A stretch of DNA of 63,240 nucleotides, filler included, from Octopus bimaculoides (taxonomy: Eukaryota), in assembly GCF_001194135.2 (NCBI RefSeq). It is 4 parts of 4 records of this genome, joined end to end, with 100 filler letters (N's around TTAATTAATTAA, not from the genome) between each part and the next. Parts side by side here need not be neighbours in the genome. Positions count along the whole stretch, not along the records: positions 27,384 to 44,616 come from NC_068984.1; positions 44,717 to 60,252 come from NC_068988.1; 2 more parts are not named here. One strand, given 5' to 3'. The notes beneath the pieces are model-generated. The model was not told the origin of the DNA and ran no database searches. It saw nothing but the letters and a program-made list of their open reading frames with translations. Positions 37,081-48,800 of the stretch are shown here, in pieces. A program made the translations under genes and the position numbers. Every line of letters begins with the position of its first letter. Position 1 is the first letter of the stretch.

Positions 37081-38535
37081 CATCATCATCATTTAATGTC
37101 CACTTTCCATGCTAGCATGGGTTGGACGATTTGACTGAGGACTGGTGAACCGGATGGCTGCACCAGGCTTCAATCTGATCCGACAGAGTTCCTGCAGCTG
37201 GATGCCCTTCATAACACCAACCACTCCGAGAGTGTAGTGGGTGATTTTACGTGCCACTGGCACAAGGGCCAGTCACACGGTACTGGCAACGGCCATGCTC
37301 AAAATGGTGTTTTTTACGTGCCACCTGCACAGGAACCAGTCCAGCGGCTCTGGCAACGACCTTGCTCAAATGATTTTCTAAATGTGCCACTGGCACAAGT
37401 GCCAGTAAGGCAAGCTGGTAACTATCACACTCAAATGGTGCTATTTACAGGCCACTAGCACAGAAGCTAGGCAGCTGCTTTGGCAATGATCATGCTCGGA
37501 CAGTGCTGTTAGTCCTCCATTGGCACTGGTGCCAGTCATCGAATATGGTAAAAATTACGATTTCGATTTCACTTGCCCAAACAGGTCTTCGCAAGCAGAG
37601 TTTACTGTCCAGTTAAGTAAAGATACGAATAAGTGAGCTAGCTACACTTCTAGCAGAGGCCACAGATTCTGCTCTCACGTACAGCATATTTCCAAAGGTC
37701 TCGGTCACAAGTCATTGTCTCGGTCACAAGTCATTGTCTCGGTCACAAGTCATTGTCTCGGTCACAAGTCATTGTCTCGGTCACAAGTCATTGTCTCAGT
37801 CACAAGTTATTGCCTTGGTGAGGCCCAAAGTTCGAAAGTCGTGCTTCACCACCTCATCCCAGGTCTTCCTGGGTCTACTTCTTCCACACATTCCCTCAAC
37901 TGTTAGGGTGTGGCACTTTTTCATACAGCTATTCTCATCCATTCTTGCCACATGTCCATACCAGCGCAGTCATCTCTCTTGCACACCACAACTGATGCTT
38001 CTTAGGTCTAACTTTTCTCTCAAGGTACTTACACTCTGTCGAGTATGCACACTGACATTACACATCCGTCGGAGTATACTGGCTTCATTTCTTGCGAGCT
38101 TACACATGTCCTCAGTACTCACGGCCATGTAGCATGGCTGTTCGTACACATGCGTCATACAGTCTGCCTTTTACTCTGAGAGAGAGACCCTTTGTCACCA
38201 GCAGAGGTAAGAGCTCTTTGAACTTTGCCCAGGCTACTCTTATTCTAGCAGCTACACTTTCAGCACACCCTCCCCCGCTACAAACTTGGTCACCTAGGTA
38301 GCGGAAGCTATGAACTGCTTCTAGTTTTTCTCCCTGGAATGTGACAGAAGTTGTTTTCTGCACATTCTCAGTGTTTATTGGTCCTGAGCATCTGCCACAT
38401 ACAAAAGCTATCTTGCTAGTTAGCCTTCCTTTGATATTGCTGCACCTCTTATGTGTCCATAGCTTACACTGGGTACATCTTATGGAGTTTCTACCTACGC
38501 CTTTTCTGCAGATCGAGCAGGGCCATCTACCTGAA
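37078..38535 (-). mobile_element. RTE LINE 3' third, relatively intact
   Basis: PHD-type finger WPCSICRKGVGRNSIRCTQCKLWTHKRC..FVCGRC, SFRYLGDQV..RIRVAWAKFKELLPLL..RLYDACVRTAMLHG..RLRWYGHV, then 3' UTR and (GAT)n tail. Confidence 0.92.
37703..37816. repeat. 19-bp tandem repeat (5 perfect units plus 1 degenerate)
   Basis: Unit ggtcacaagtcattgtctc with no spacers, inside RTE sequence. Confidence 0.95.
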
Positions 38536-38628
38536 GGGGTTTACTAATAATAAATCAAACAACATGAAAAATAAACAAGCCATTGAGGGTTTTACAGATA
38601 TACACACACACACACATATATATACATT

Positions 38629-38740
<112 letters not shown>

Positions 38741-38898
38741 CATATATATACATATATGTATATGTATATACATATGTACATATATAGATATATATGTATA
38801 CATATACAGATATGTATACATATATGTATATATATACAGATATGTATACATACATATATATATATACACACACATATTTATACATATATGTATATATA

Positions 38899-39663
38899 TG
38901 TAGTGGACCTTGCATGCATGAAGAGGATTCGATCCACTATAGCCAAATTTAAATTAACACTGCAACAAAACTTTTCCCATGGTAGAACAATAGTTTTTTC
39001 TCTGACAGCAGTTTAATATTTTCCAGATGCCTTTAGCTAGGCCCGAAACAATGTCTTCACCACTTGTCCCTTTCTAACCTCTTCTACATCACCAAAATCT
39101 AAAATAGAGATAACAAGACCACCAACTAAATCTATTGTTCTCAGTAATATATCTATCCTTCTAGATTGTTATAAAAGCAAGGAAATCCCAAGAAAAATTT
39201 AGTTTTAGTCACCAGTCGGTGACGACTCAACAGTTTAGTCACCAGTTGATGACGACTCAGTGACAACGAAGTCTGGCTGACCAGCTAGAACCTTGGCCAG
39301 AGGGAGAAATGAAGTTTACTGCCAGCAGTTGTGAGACAACGTCGCAACGTGTACACACATATAAAGGCCAAAATTAACTTTCTTTACCTTGCATGCTCTA
39401 CGAACTGTGTTATACTATTACACTAACCTACCCGTCGTGGTATGGCATTTATTAAAGTAACGGTAAATAAATATTTCTTTACAACTTCGATCATTGTTCA
39501 TCGTTCATCTTACAACCATTACAATTGGTAACTACACAAAATTATCATCGCTACAAACAAAAATATTATCGTTACAATTGGATGGGAAAAGTTCTGTTGC
39601 AGTGTTAATTTAAATTTGGCTATAGTGGATCGAATCCATTTCATGCATGCAAGGTTCACTACA
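38899..39663. mobile_element. Non-autonomous TIR element with 82-bp TIRs and TGT...ACA ends
   Basis: 38899-38980 against the reverse complement of 39582-39663 shows 4 mismatches. Flanked by TA-rich microsatellite. Confidence 0.85.
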
Positions 39664-39715
39664 TCTATATATGTATATGTATGTACATATATATGTATGT
39701 ATATATGTATACATA

Positions 39716-40972
39716 CACGGGTTGGACAAAATAATGGAAGCATCATTATTTTGAAATAGCTATAAGACCCTCAAAAGCTTGTTTATTTTTCATTTTTTTT
39801 TAAATTTATTATTAGTATTGCTTAATATGTTTTGTTAAAATTGCTGTTTCCTTTCAGATATCATCAGGAAAAGGAAATTGAAATTCATTAAAATGACAGA
39901 TCTATCGGATTTCTAAAGAAGTCAAATTGTTGGTGCTCGTTTGGCAGGCACTAGCGTAACGAAAACAGCCAAAATGTTTGGTGTATCAAGTGGTACTGTC
40001 TTGAAAGTAATGACAGCCTTTGAGAAAGAGGGAAAAACCTCCTCGTCAAAACAAAACTCTGGAAGAAAACCAAAACTTTCAGATAAGGACAGTCGAACTC
40101 TTACATGAATTGTTAGAAAGGATCACAAAAGTACAGCTCCCAAAATTACTGCAGAGCTTAATGACAACCTCGAGAACCCAGTTTCAACAAAAACTGTTCG
40201 CCAGGAGCTGCACAAAGCCGGATTTCATGGGAGGGTTGCAATCAGAAAACCACTACTTTCAAAAACAAACATTGCAAAGCATTTAGAGTGGAGTAAAAAC
40301 CTACAGAATTGGTCCCTGGAGCAGTAGAAGAATGTTATTTTCTCAAACGAGTCATCCTTCACCCTATTTCCAACCACCGGCCAAGTATACGTGTGGAGAC
40401 AGTAAAAAGGAGCATTTGACCCAGACTACCTTCTTCCAACTTTTAACATGGAGGTGGATCTGTGATGATCTGGTGGGGTTATATCTTGGAAGTCCACCAG
40501 CCCAATGGCTTCCCTTCATGGCAGAATTAATAGTCAACACTATTCAAACATTTTCTCTTATCAAATTTATCCTATGGTTGCGGAACAGTTTCCAGAGGGA
40601 AACAATCTTTCAGGATGATAATGCACCAATTCACACAGCTAAAGTTGTTACTGAATGGCACGAGGAACATTCTAGTGAAGTTGAACATCTTATCTGGCCA
40701 CCACAGTCCCCAGATCTCAATATTATTGAACATTTATGGTGCATTTTAGAAAAACAAGTGAGGAGTCAATATCCTCCACCATCATCACTACAAGAACTGG
40801 ACACTGTTTTAGCTGAAGAATGGACAAAAATTCCTTTGGAAACAATTCAAACTTTGTACAAGTCCATACCTTGTAGAATTCAAACTGTAATTACTGCCAA
40901 AGGCAGTCCTACCACATATTAAGATAAATTTTTAAAATTTTAAAGTGTTTCCATTATTTTGTCCAACCCCTG
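39716..40972 (+). mobile_element. Tc1-like DD36E (Incomer-type) transposon, 1257 bp, degenerate
   Basis: TA duplications and ~28-bp TIRs (..gggttggacaaaataatggaa..). MTDLSDF*RSQIVGARLAG from 39893; FSNES (first D mutated to N); QDD-N(36 aa)-E; stop at 40922. Confidence 0.9.
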
Positions 40973-40973
40973 T

Positions 40974-41022
<49 letters not shown>

Positions 41023-41107
41023 NNNNNNNNNNNNNNNNNNNNNNNNNNNNNNNNNNNNNNNNNNNNNNNNNNNNNNNNNNNNNNATAGATAGATAGATAG
41101 ATAGATA

Positions 41108-42466
41108 TCTGTATATATAAAAGGCAGGATATGTATGTATGTGTGTATGTGAATGTAATTTATGCATATCCACAAATTAGCACGCATGTCACTCCAATTT
41201 TAGGAGGATATTCATCATGACCCTATCTGCATTTTCGTCAACTTTTTCTCTCAGAGGCACCCATGTATAGCTGTAAAAATCGATTTTCAACCATAACTTT
41301 TACCAATTTTGAAGTTTGCTAACATGACGAAGTGAGGGAGAGAGAGAAACTGCGTGTTGATGTGTGTGTGTGTGTGTGTGTGTGTGAAAGGGGGAGTGAG
41401 GGAGAGATAGAGATTGTTTGCCAGTGTCTAACAAAAAAAAAGTAAAGAAAAAGTGGGAGAGGGAGACAGAAAGCATCTAACGAAAGAAAAGATAGGTAAG
41501 GAAGACAGAGTAAGTGTAAAATGTAAAATGCTTTTTTTTCTTAAACACGAGATATACTTTCAATTATTGGATGTTTTTGAAAGACACTATATTTTATAAT
41601 GAGATTATATATACTTTCTCACACAACAATTAAAATATATTTAGTTTAAATCATTTATTTTAAATCGTTCATCTTTCTCCCCCCCCNNNNNNNNNNNNNN
41701 NNNNNTCACTCTCACACACATACTACTTTGGGAGCAAAAGAGTTTTGTTTATATTTCACGCCGAGACAATCCATTTATTTAACAACAATGAAACAAAGAG
41801 GTATGTAACAATTTGTCAGAGAATTACACAATATAAATGGATAAAATTTCCGAGGCTTCCACCACACCCCAACCCGTTTTTCTGACCACAAAAAGGGTTT
41901 TGTAGTATATTAGCAGGCCAGGATAGTTGATTCCACGCAAAAAGATCAATGTTTGGGGGAGTTAAATTCCAAGGATTTCAGCACACCAGTAGCAGGCATC
42001 CATTTGGAGGAGCCATGCTTTTCACATGGGCAACTTTATGTGGCCTGCTCCTGTGTGGGAAGTAGAAACGCTCTTTTTGTGTATGTTCCTCAGGGCAGAA
42101 CACGCAATGTTGTCTATAGCAAAGTTTTATAGACAAGTTGTCACTGCAGCCGATGTGGTTATAAACATTGATCCGGAAGCATTGGCCGGACATATTCTCA
42201 AACCATGGCAACATGACTTATGGACTCTTCCTCTTTTTTATTGGACAATGCTGACTTCTCCAACAACAATGCTCACTTGGCTGATATCAGTGATTGGCTA
42301 AGTTCCTCATAGAGTTAACCTAGAAGGGACAGGCACCTTATTCTTTGGTTAAGGCTGTTGGTAAGTTTTCCTAAGTTACTCCAATCCAGATCCCCAATGC
42401 AAACCTTCAGATCAACCTTCTCCTATGCAGATCTCTAATGCAACTTAGAAAAAACAGTCAATGAGT
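41108..42466 (+). mobile_element. Non-autonomous Helitron homologous to 9671-11004; 3' end lost in a gap
   Basis: 5' TCTGTATATATAAAAG. Blocks 41108-41300, 41520-41900 and 42310-42466 match the reverse complement of the 9.7-11 kb copy. Confidence 0.85.
41989..42132 (+). pseudogene. Helitron RepHel PIF1-helicase C-terminal fragment
   Basis: VAGIHLEEPCFSHGQLYVACSCVGSRNALFVYVPQGRTRNVVYSKVL*, the canonical FSHGQLYVAxSRV and TxNVVYxEVL end of Helitron helicases. Confidence 0.9.
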
Positions 42467-43442
42467 NNNNNNNNNNNNNNNNNNNNNNNNNNNNNNNNNN
42501 NNNNNNNNNNNNNNNNNNNNNNNNNNNNNNNNNNNNNNNNNNNNNNNNNNNNNNNNNNNNNNNNNNNNNNNNNNNNNNNNNNNNNNNNNNNNNNNNNNNN
42601 NNNNNNNNNNNNNNNNNNNNNNNNNNNNNNNNNNNNNNNNNNNNNNNNNNNNNNNNNNNNNNNNNNNNNNNNNNNNNNNNNNNNNNNNNNNNNNNNNNNN
42701 NNNNNNNNNNNNNNNNNNNNNNNNNNNNNNNNNNNNNNNNNNNNNNNNNNNNNNNNNNNNNNNNNNNNNNNNNNNNNNNNNNNNNNNNNNNNNNNNNNNN
42801 NNNNNNNNNNNNNNNNNNNNNNNNNNNNNNNNNNNNNNNNNNNNNNNNNNNNNNNNNNNNNNNNNNNNNNNNNNNNNNNNNNNNNNNNNNNNNNNNNNNN
42901 NNNNNNNNNNNNNNNNNNNNNNNNNNNNNNNNNNNNNNNNNNNNNNNNNNNNNNNNNNNNNNNNNNNNNNNNNNNNNNNNNNNNNNNNNNNNNNNNNNNN
43001 NNNNNNNNNNNNNNNNNNNNNNNNNNNNNNNNNNNNNNNNNNNNNNNNNNNNNNNNNNNNNNNNNNNNNNNNNNNNNNNNNNNNNNNNNNNNNNNNNNNN
43101 NNNNNNNNNNNNNNNNNNNNNNNNNNNNNNNNNNNNNNNNNNNNNNNNNNNNNNNNNNNNNNNNNNNNNNNNNNNNNNNNNNNNNNNNNNNNNNNNNNNN
43201 NNNNNNNNNNNNNNNNNNNNNNNNNNNNNNNNNNNNNNNNNNNNNNNNNNNNNNNNNNNNNNNNNNNNNNNNNNNNNNNNNNNNNNNNNNNNNNNNNNNN
43301 NNNNNNNNNNNNNNNNNNNNNNNNNNNNNNNNNNNNNNNNNNNNNNNNNNNNNNNNNNNNNNNNNNNNNNNNNNNNNNNNNNNNNNNNNNNNNNNNNNNN
43401 NNNNNNNNNNNNNNNNNNNNNNNNNNNNNNNNNNNNNNNNGT

Positions 43443-43489
<47 letters not shown>

Positions 43490-43576
43490 TATATATACAT
43501 ACACATATATATACACATACACACATATATACACATACATACATACATATATATATATATGTATATATATATATCA

Positions 43577-43931
43577 AGGCACTCTGTCGGTTACGACGAC
43601 GAGGGTTCCAGTTGATCTGATCAACAGAACAGCCTGATTGTGAAATTAAATGCAAGTGGTTGAGCACTCTACAGACATGTGTACTCTTAATGTAGTTCTC
43701 AGGGAGATTCAGCATGACACAGAAACAGGTACAACAGGAACAGGAAGAAAGAGTGAGAGAATGTTGTGATGAAAGAGTACGGTAGGGTTCGCCACCACCA
43801 CCCCTGCCGGAACCTTGTGGAGCTTTTCGGTGTTTTTGCTAAATAAACACTCACAACACCCGATCTGGGAATCCAAACCGTGATCCTACGACCACAAGTC
43901 TGCTTCCCTAACCACTGAGCTATTGCGCCTC
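43577..43931 (-). mobile_element. tRNA-derived SINE family C
   Basis: Head ggaggcgcaatagctcagtggttaggg..ggtttggattccc on the minus strand. Homologous to 59245-59626. Confidence 0.85.
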
Positions 43932-43955
43932 CACCATATATATATATATATATAT

Positions 43956-44616
43956 AAAACTGAAGTGGAACTTTTAAAACTTAGAGCACAAAATCACGAA
44001 CAAAAATACACAAAAATTGATGATGAGATGCTCTTCGAACTTACCACACACTCCAACGAGCAATCCCTCGAACATGTTATCAAGCTGTGGAAAGATGAAT
44101 GCCAAAAGGAAGAACTAACTTCCCTTAAACACTGGGAAAACAACAAAAAATTCCTCCATAACTATGAAACACAATTCATATTAAACCTCAAATAAAAAAA
44201 ACCCTTCACAAAAGACCAACAATACATACTACCACTGCTACCCACAAACACCACCCCAAACCACACTACAAACACACATACCCCCCTACCTCCTTCCATA
44301 CCAAACACATTCTCTTCCAACCCTACAAAAGCCCTTTTTCCCCACAAAATAATCCAAACAAGACCCAACTCAACCATTCTCCTTCCATATGGACTAAAAA
44401 CATCATGAACCCTCCTTACACTTGCTATTATCCCCATCCCAATGCCCCTTACTCTCACACCAATAACAAACAAGGAATCCTACCCACACCTATACATAAA
44501 TCTCCCACCCAAGGTACCCCATACCGTCCACCCAACAAACACCCACAATCATACCATTCTTTCTACAGATCTTCATACCCACGCAACCCACACCAACAGA
44601 ACCACAATAACTACCC
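43956..44616 (+). pseudogene. Unassigned ORF remnant starting in (TA)n, probably a retroelement N-terminal region
   Basis: KTEVELLKLRAQNHEQKYTKIDDEML..LWKDECQKEE..YETQF, one stop, then a Pro/His/Asn/Thr-rich continuation in the same frame. No diagnostic motif. Confidence 0.35.
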
Positions 44617-44660
44617 NNNNNNNNNNNNNNNNNNNNNNNNNNNNNNNNNNNNNNNNNNNN

Positions 44661-44672
44661 TTAATTAATTAA
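44661..44672. other. Artificial assembly linker TTAATTAATTAA
   Basis: 44 N + linker + 44 N. Confidence 0.95.
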
Positions 44673-44973
44673 NNNNNNNNNNNNNNNNNNNNNNNNNNNN
44701 NNNNNNNNNNNNNNNNTATATATATGTAATTCCTTTTAACAATCATTCCATATATATATGTTTATGGTGATAGTTGGGGTGCTGTAGGGGAGTGGAGGAC
44801 AAGCTCTGAACTGCAGAATGGAAGTTTGTGTGTATGTGTATGTGAGTGTGTGTGTGTATGTGTATGTGAGTGTGTGTGTGTGTGTGTATGTGAGTGTGTG
44901 TGTGTATGTGTGTCTGCATGCACACGTGCCTAAATATTCTTGGCATATGAATGTAAGCCATATGTATAGCTAT

Positions 44974-45045
<72 letters not shown>

Positions 45046-45070
45046 TTGGTGGTGGTGGTGGTGGTGGTGG
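44974..45070. repeat. Compound (TAG)n-(TGG)n microsatellite
   Basis: Read directly from the sequence. Confidence 0.95.
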
Positions 45071-45704
45071 GTAGCTATAAGTATAATCCAAAACTGGTTA
45101 GCTCTCCCCACCCCATCCAGATACATATTCACCTACACAGGTATGTAGCTCTTCTATATCCGTCTGCTGGTATGTATCTGTTATACTAGCATTATGCCAC
45201 TACGCAAAGCATGTAGGTTACCCACCTGAGCATAGTATTGTTTGTGAAGGACATTGACTTTACAATGTTGGGAGCAAAGATAAAGTATTAGAGACTGGTT
45301 TTTACGTCATATTCTACATGCATACATGTGTGTGTATATATACGTATATGTATATACATATACCGGTTTGATTGCCTAGTCAGTAGAGTGACCTCATTTG
45401 AAAGCTAAAATCATTGTGAAGTGCATTGTGACCAACGATGTATAACAACATCTGATAGCCTGGTCAATATTGTGATACCATGATGTACATATATATATAT
45501 ATATANNNNNNNNNNNNNNNNNNNNNNNNNNNNNNNNNNNNNNNNNNNNNNNNNNNNNNNNNNNNNNNNNNNNNNNNNNNNNNNNNNNNNNNNNNNNNNN
45601 NNNNNNNNNNNNNNNNNNNNNNNNNNNNNNNNNNNNNNNNNNNNNNNNNNNNNNNNNNNNNNNNNNNNNNNNNNNNNNNNNNNNNNNNNNNNNNNNNNNN
45701 NNNN

Positions 45705-46110
45705 NNNNTACATCCTTTTCTACTCTAGGCACAAGGCCCAAAATTTTGGCAGAGGGAGCCAGTCGATCTGGTACTTATTTTGTTGACCCCGAAAGGATGA
45801 AAGTCAAAGTCAACCTCAGCAGAATTTGAACCCAGAACATAATGAAGGACAAAATGCTACAAAGCATTTTGCCCAGCATGCTAACAATTCTTATTTCTTT
45901 ATTGCCCACAAGGGGCTAAACATAGAGGGGACAAACAAGGGCAGACAAAGGGATTAATTCGATTAGATCGACCCCTGTGCACAACTGGTACTTAATTTAT
46001 CAACCCTGAAAGAATGAAAGGCAAAGTCGACCTCGGCAGAATTTGAACTCAGAACTTAATGGCAGACGAAATACCGCTAAGCATTTCGCCCGGCGTGCTA
46101 ACGTTTTTGC
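45705..46110 (-). mobile_element. Two tandem copies of tRNA-derived SINE family B
   Basis: Each has gttagcacgccgggcgaaatgcttagc..gttctgagttcaaattc..gtcgactttgcctttcat..ttgataaattaagtacc on the minus strand. Confidence 0.85.
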
Positions 46111-47154
46111 CACCTAATTTTCTAACAATTGTTAGCATGCTAACAATTCTACCATCTGGCTGCCTTCTTAAAGCTTGTAATATTTAAAGGAACTTCACAT
46201 ATAGGATCCAGTGTGATTTTTTTGAGAAAAAAAGCATGTCTTATGTACCATCAAGTACAGTGGCAGAGTGTGATTTGAGTTTGAGTTTTGATAGGTGGAA
46301 TGGCATTCTGAGTCTCCTTATTTGAATCATTCCTTCCTTATGTTATATCCCTTATCAGACTACCAATTCAATTATTTGACCCTCCATAATCAGAGATCTT
46401 CCTCAGGGAATTATCAATTCTTGTTGCTTTATAATTGAAGTCAATGAGATTCAGAGTCAATTTTGGTGACGCCCACTGGAATTGAACTCAGTACCACAAA
46501 CTAACAAGACTCTCCACAGTAAGAGATCTTCCTTGGTGAATAACCAACCCCTATTCATTTATACATGAGGCCAATGAGATTCAGGTTCATTGGTTCATTT
46601 TTAGTGACACCCATTGGGATTGAACTTGGTACTACTACAAACTAATGAGCCACTTATCAGTGTTGCAGTGTTTCCACACCTATAGCTCACTCACTGCTAA
46701 CCTTCATAAGGAAAGTGGAACATGGAATGAAGAATCAACAGTGTCTCTCCTACTGTCTTTGGTACACATGTAAATAACTGAACCAGTTAAGTTAGCCCAA
46801 TTTTGCACAGGAAAGTGGTAATCATCAATTATAGTTTTATATTAAGAAAATATGTGATATCTGCCATAGATAAAATGCACCTGTGAACACAGCTTCAGAC
46901 CGCAATGGTTTCCCAGCAATTCTTTTGATTAAAACATGCCAAAAGAGTATTTTCAAATACTTCAGATTTTTTTTCTTTTTCAAAGTGATTAGTTTCTGAT
47001 CACAACCACTCACCACTACGTATAGATATGTATACACACACTTACATGCACATGCACACACACACACACACACACACACGTATGCGTGCGCACGCACACA
47101 CACACACACACACTCTTGCCCACACACACTTGCTCACACACACATATATCATTA

Positions 47155-47157
47155 TCC

Positions 47158-47191
<34 letters not shown>

Positions 47192-47725
47192 ATCATCATC
47201 ATCATCAATCATCATCTTTTGATGTCCAACTCCAATGCTAGCTTGGACTGGATGGCTTGACAGGATCCATTGGGTCCAGGGATTGTAGCCCACTCCAGTG
47301 TCAGCTTTGGCATGGTTTCTGTGGTTGGATGCCCTTCTTAATGCCAACCATTTTACAGAGTATACTGAGTGCCTTTTTTCACAGCACCAGCACTAGTGAG
47401 GTTGCCATGCAGCTCACAACACTAAGATCTTCTTCAACTTAGTGGGGCTACAGTAGAGAGGGAGCCAGCTTTATTCTAGATAAGAAGTTCAAGTATGAAA
47501 GAAGGGATCAAAACAACAAGTTTCTAATTGATGAAGAACTACATGACTAATCATTTTACAGAGATGTGGGTATATCATCATCATCATCATCATCATCGTT
47601 TAACGTCCACTTTCCATGCTAGCATGGGTTGGACGATTTGACTGAGGACTGGTGAACTAGATGGCTACACCAGGCTCCAATCTGATTTGGCAGAGTTTCT
47701 ACAGCTGGATGCCCTACCTAATGCC

Positions 47726-47730
<5 letters not shown>
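47155..47730 (-). mobile_element. Two RTE-type 3' tails with (GAT)n (47155-47420 and 47575-47730)
   Basis: (CAT)n followed by the reverse complement of the ggaagggcatccagctgtag tail. The second is cut by (TA)n. Confidence 0.75.
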
Positions 47731-47810
<80 letters not shown>

Positions 47811-48428
47811 ATTTCTTACCACTAATCAAGAAACATCTGCCAGTCAGTCATAAACATTATAAGCTATTTGATTCACTGATGAGCCTCTACATGGTTATAC
47901 GGTTAGTTACAAATGGTAGCCAAATCTTCTTCTAATTCCTTTTTGCCATTCAAATAAAAGGAAGGACACAGGCATTGGTGATCATAGACCTCCATACCAA
48001 AGTCTGAAGAAAGATACAAGATAGATCAATGGTTTCCTGTTGCCTTCTCCAGGTTTAGTTACAGTTTTCAGTATTAGTCTCTGGCTGTCTTGAGCTCACC
48101 TCTGAACACACAAAGCCTGCTTAACACTTAGGCAGGAGAGCTAGTTTCTGTGACATGTTCACACTTCAGTGGACTTGTGTGACACATAGCTGTGTATGAT
48201 GTGTATGAGTGTTTAGTTGTCCTTCACTTTATTTGGTAGTGTAAATTATCTCTGGAATTTCTGTTTATATGGAAAGGTTTCCTTTAAGAAAAACTGCCAA
48301 CTTCTATATACTCTGTAAGCTGGTATTTGCAGGAGTTCTGATTTAAGAAACTGCTCAGATTTCTAAATCCTCTTTAAAGTTTCACCTCCAATAACAGAGG
48401 GTAATTGCTATATTTTCTTCCAGAGCTA

Positions 48429-48516
48429 CCCGCTCTGATGAGTGCAACGTTACACCATCAGACTGTTATCTACCATCCATTTTTAACACTCATTGCAAAA
48501 CTGATTGGTAAGATCA
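48429..48516 (+). ncRNA. Possible heavily decayed hammerhead remnant
   Basis: CTGATGA-gtgcaa...ttgca-AAAC-TGATTG-GTA. GAAA is broken and stem I is weak. Confidence 0.3.
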
Positions 48517-48634
48517 GCCATAATAGATATATAATACAGTACACTTTAATCAATATACCCACTCTATTGGCAAATATACGCATACATATTTTTTCTGACT
48601 TACGGATTCTTAAATTATATATGTATATACAGGC

Positions 48635-48800
48635 ACAAGCATGGCTATGTGGTAAGAAGCTTGCTTCCCAAATACATGGTTCCAGGTTCAGTCCCATTGT
48701 ATGGCACCTTGGGCAAGTGTCTTCTACTATAGCCTCGGGCCGACCAAAGCCTTGTGAGTGGATTTGGTAGACGGAAACTGAAAGAGGCCGGTTGTATATA
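48635..48800 (+). mobile_element. tRNA-derived SINE family A, 5' half
   Basis: ggctatgtggtaagaagcttgc..ggttcagtccc..gacggaaactgaaag. Confidence 0.85.

Noticed and set aside
37703-37816. Regular short repeat that could be mistaken for a CRISPR array
   Set aside because: Units are contiguous with no spacers, derive from RTE sequence, and the context is eukaryotic.
42435-43715. Long ORFs in the ORF track that span N runs (also 5817-6707, 15983-16478, 27995-28631, 33242-33923, 35201-35611, 48727-49818)
   Set aside because: They are open only because gaps contain no stop codons.
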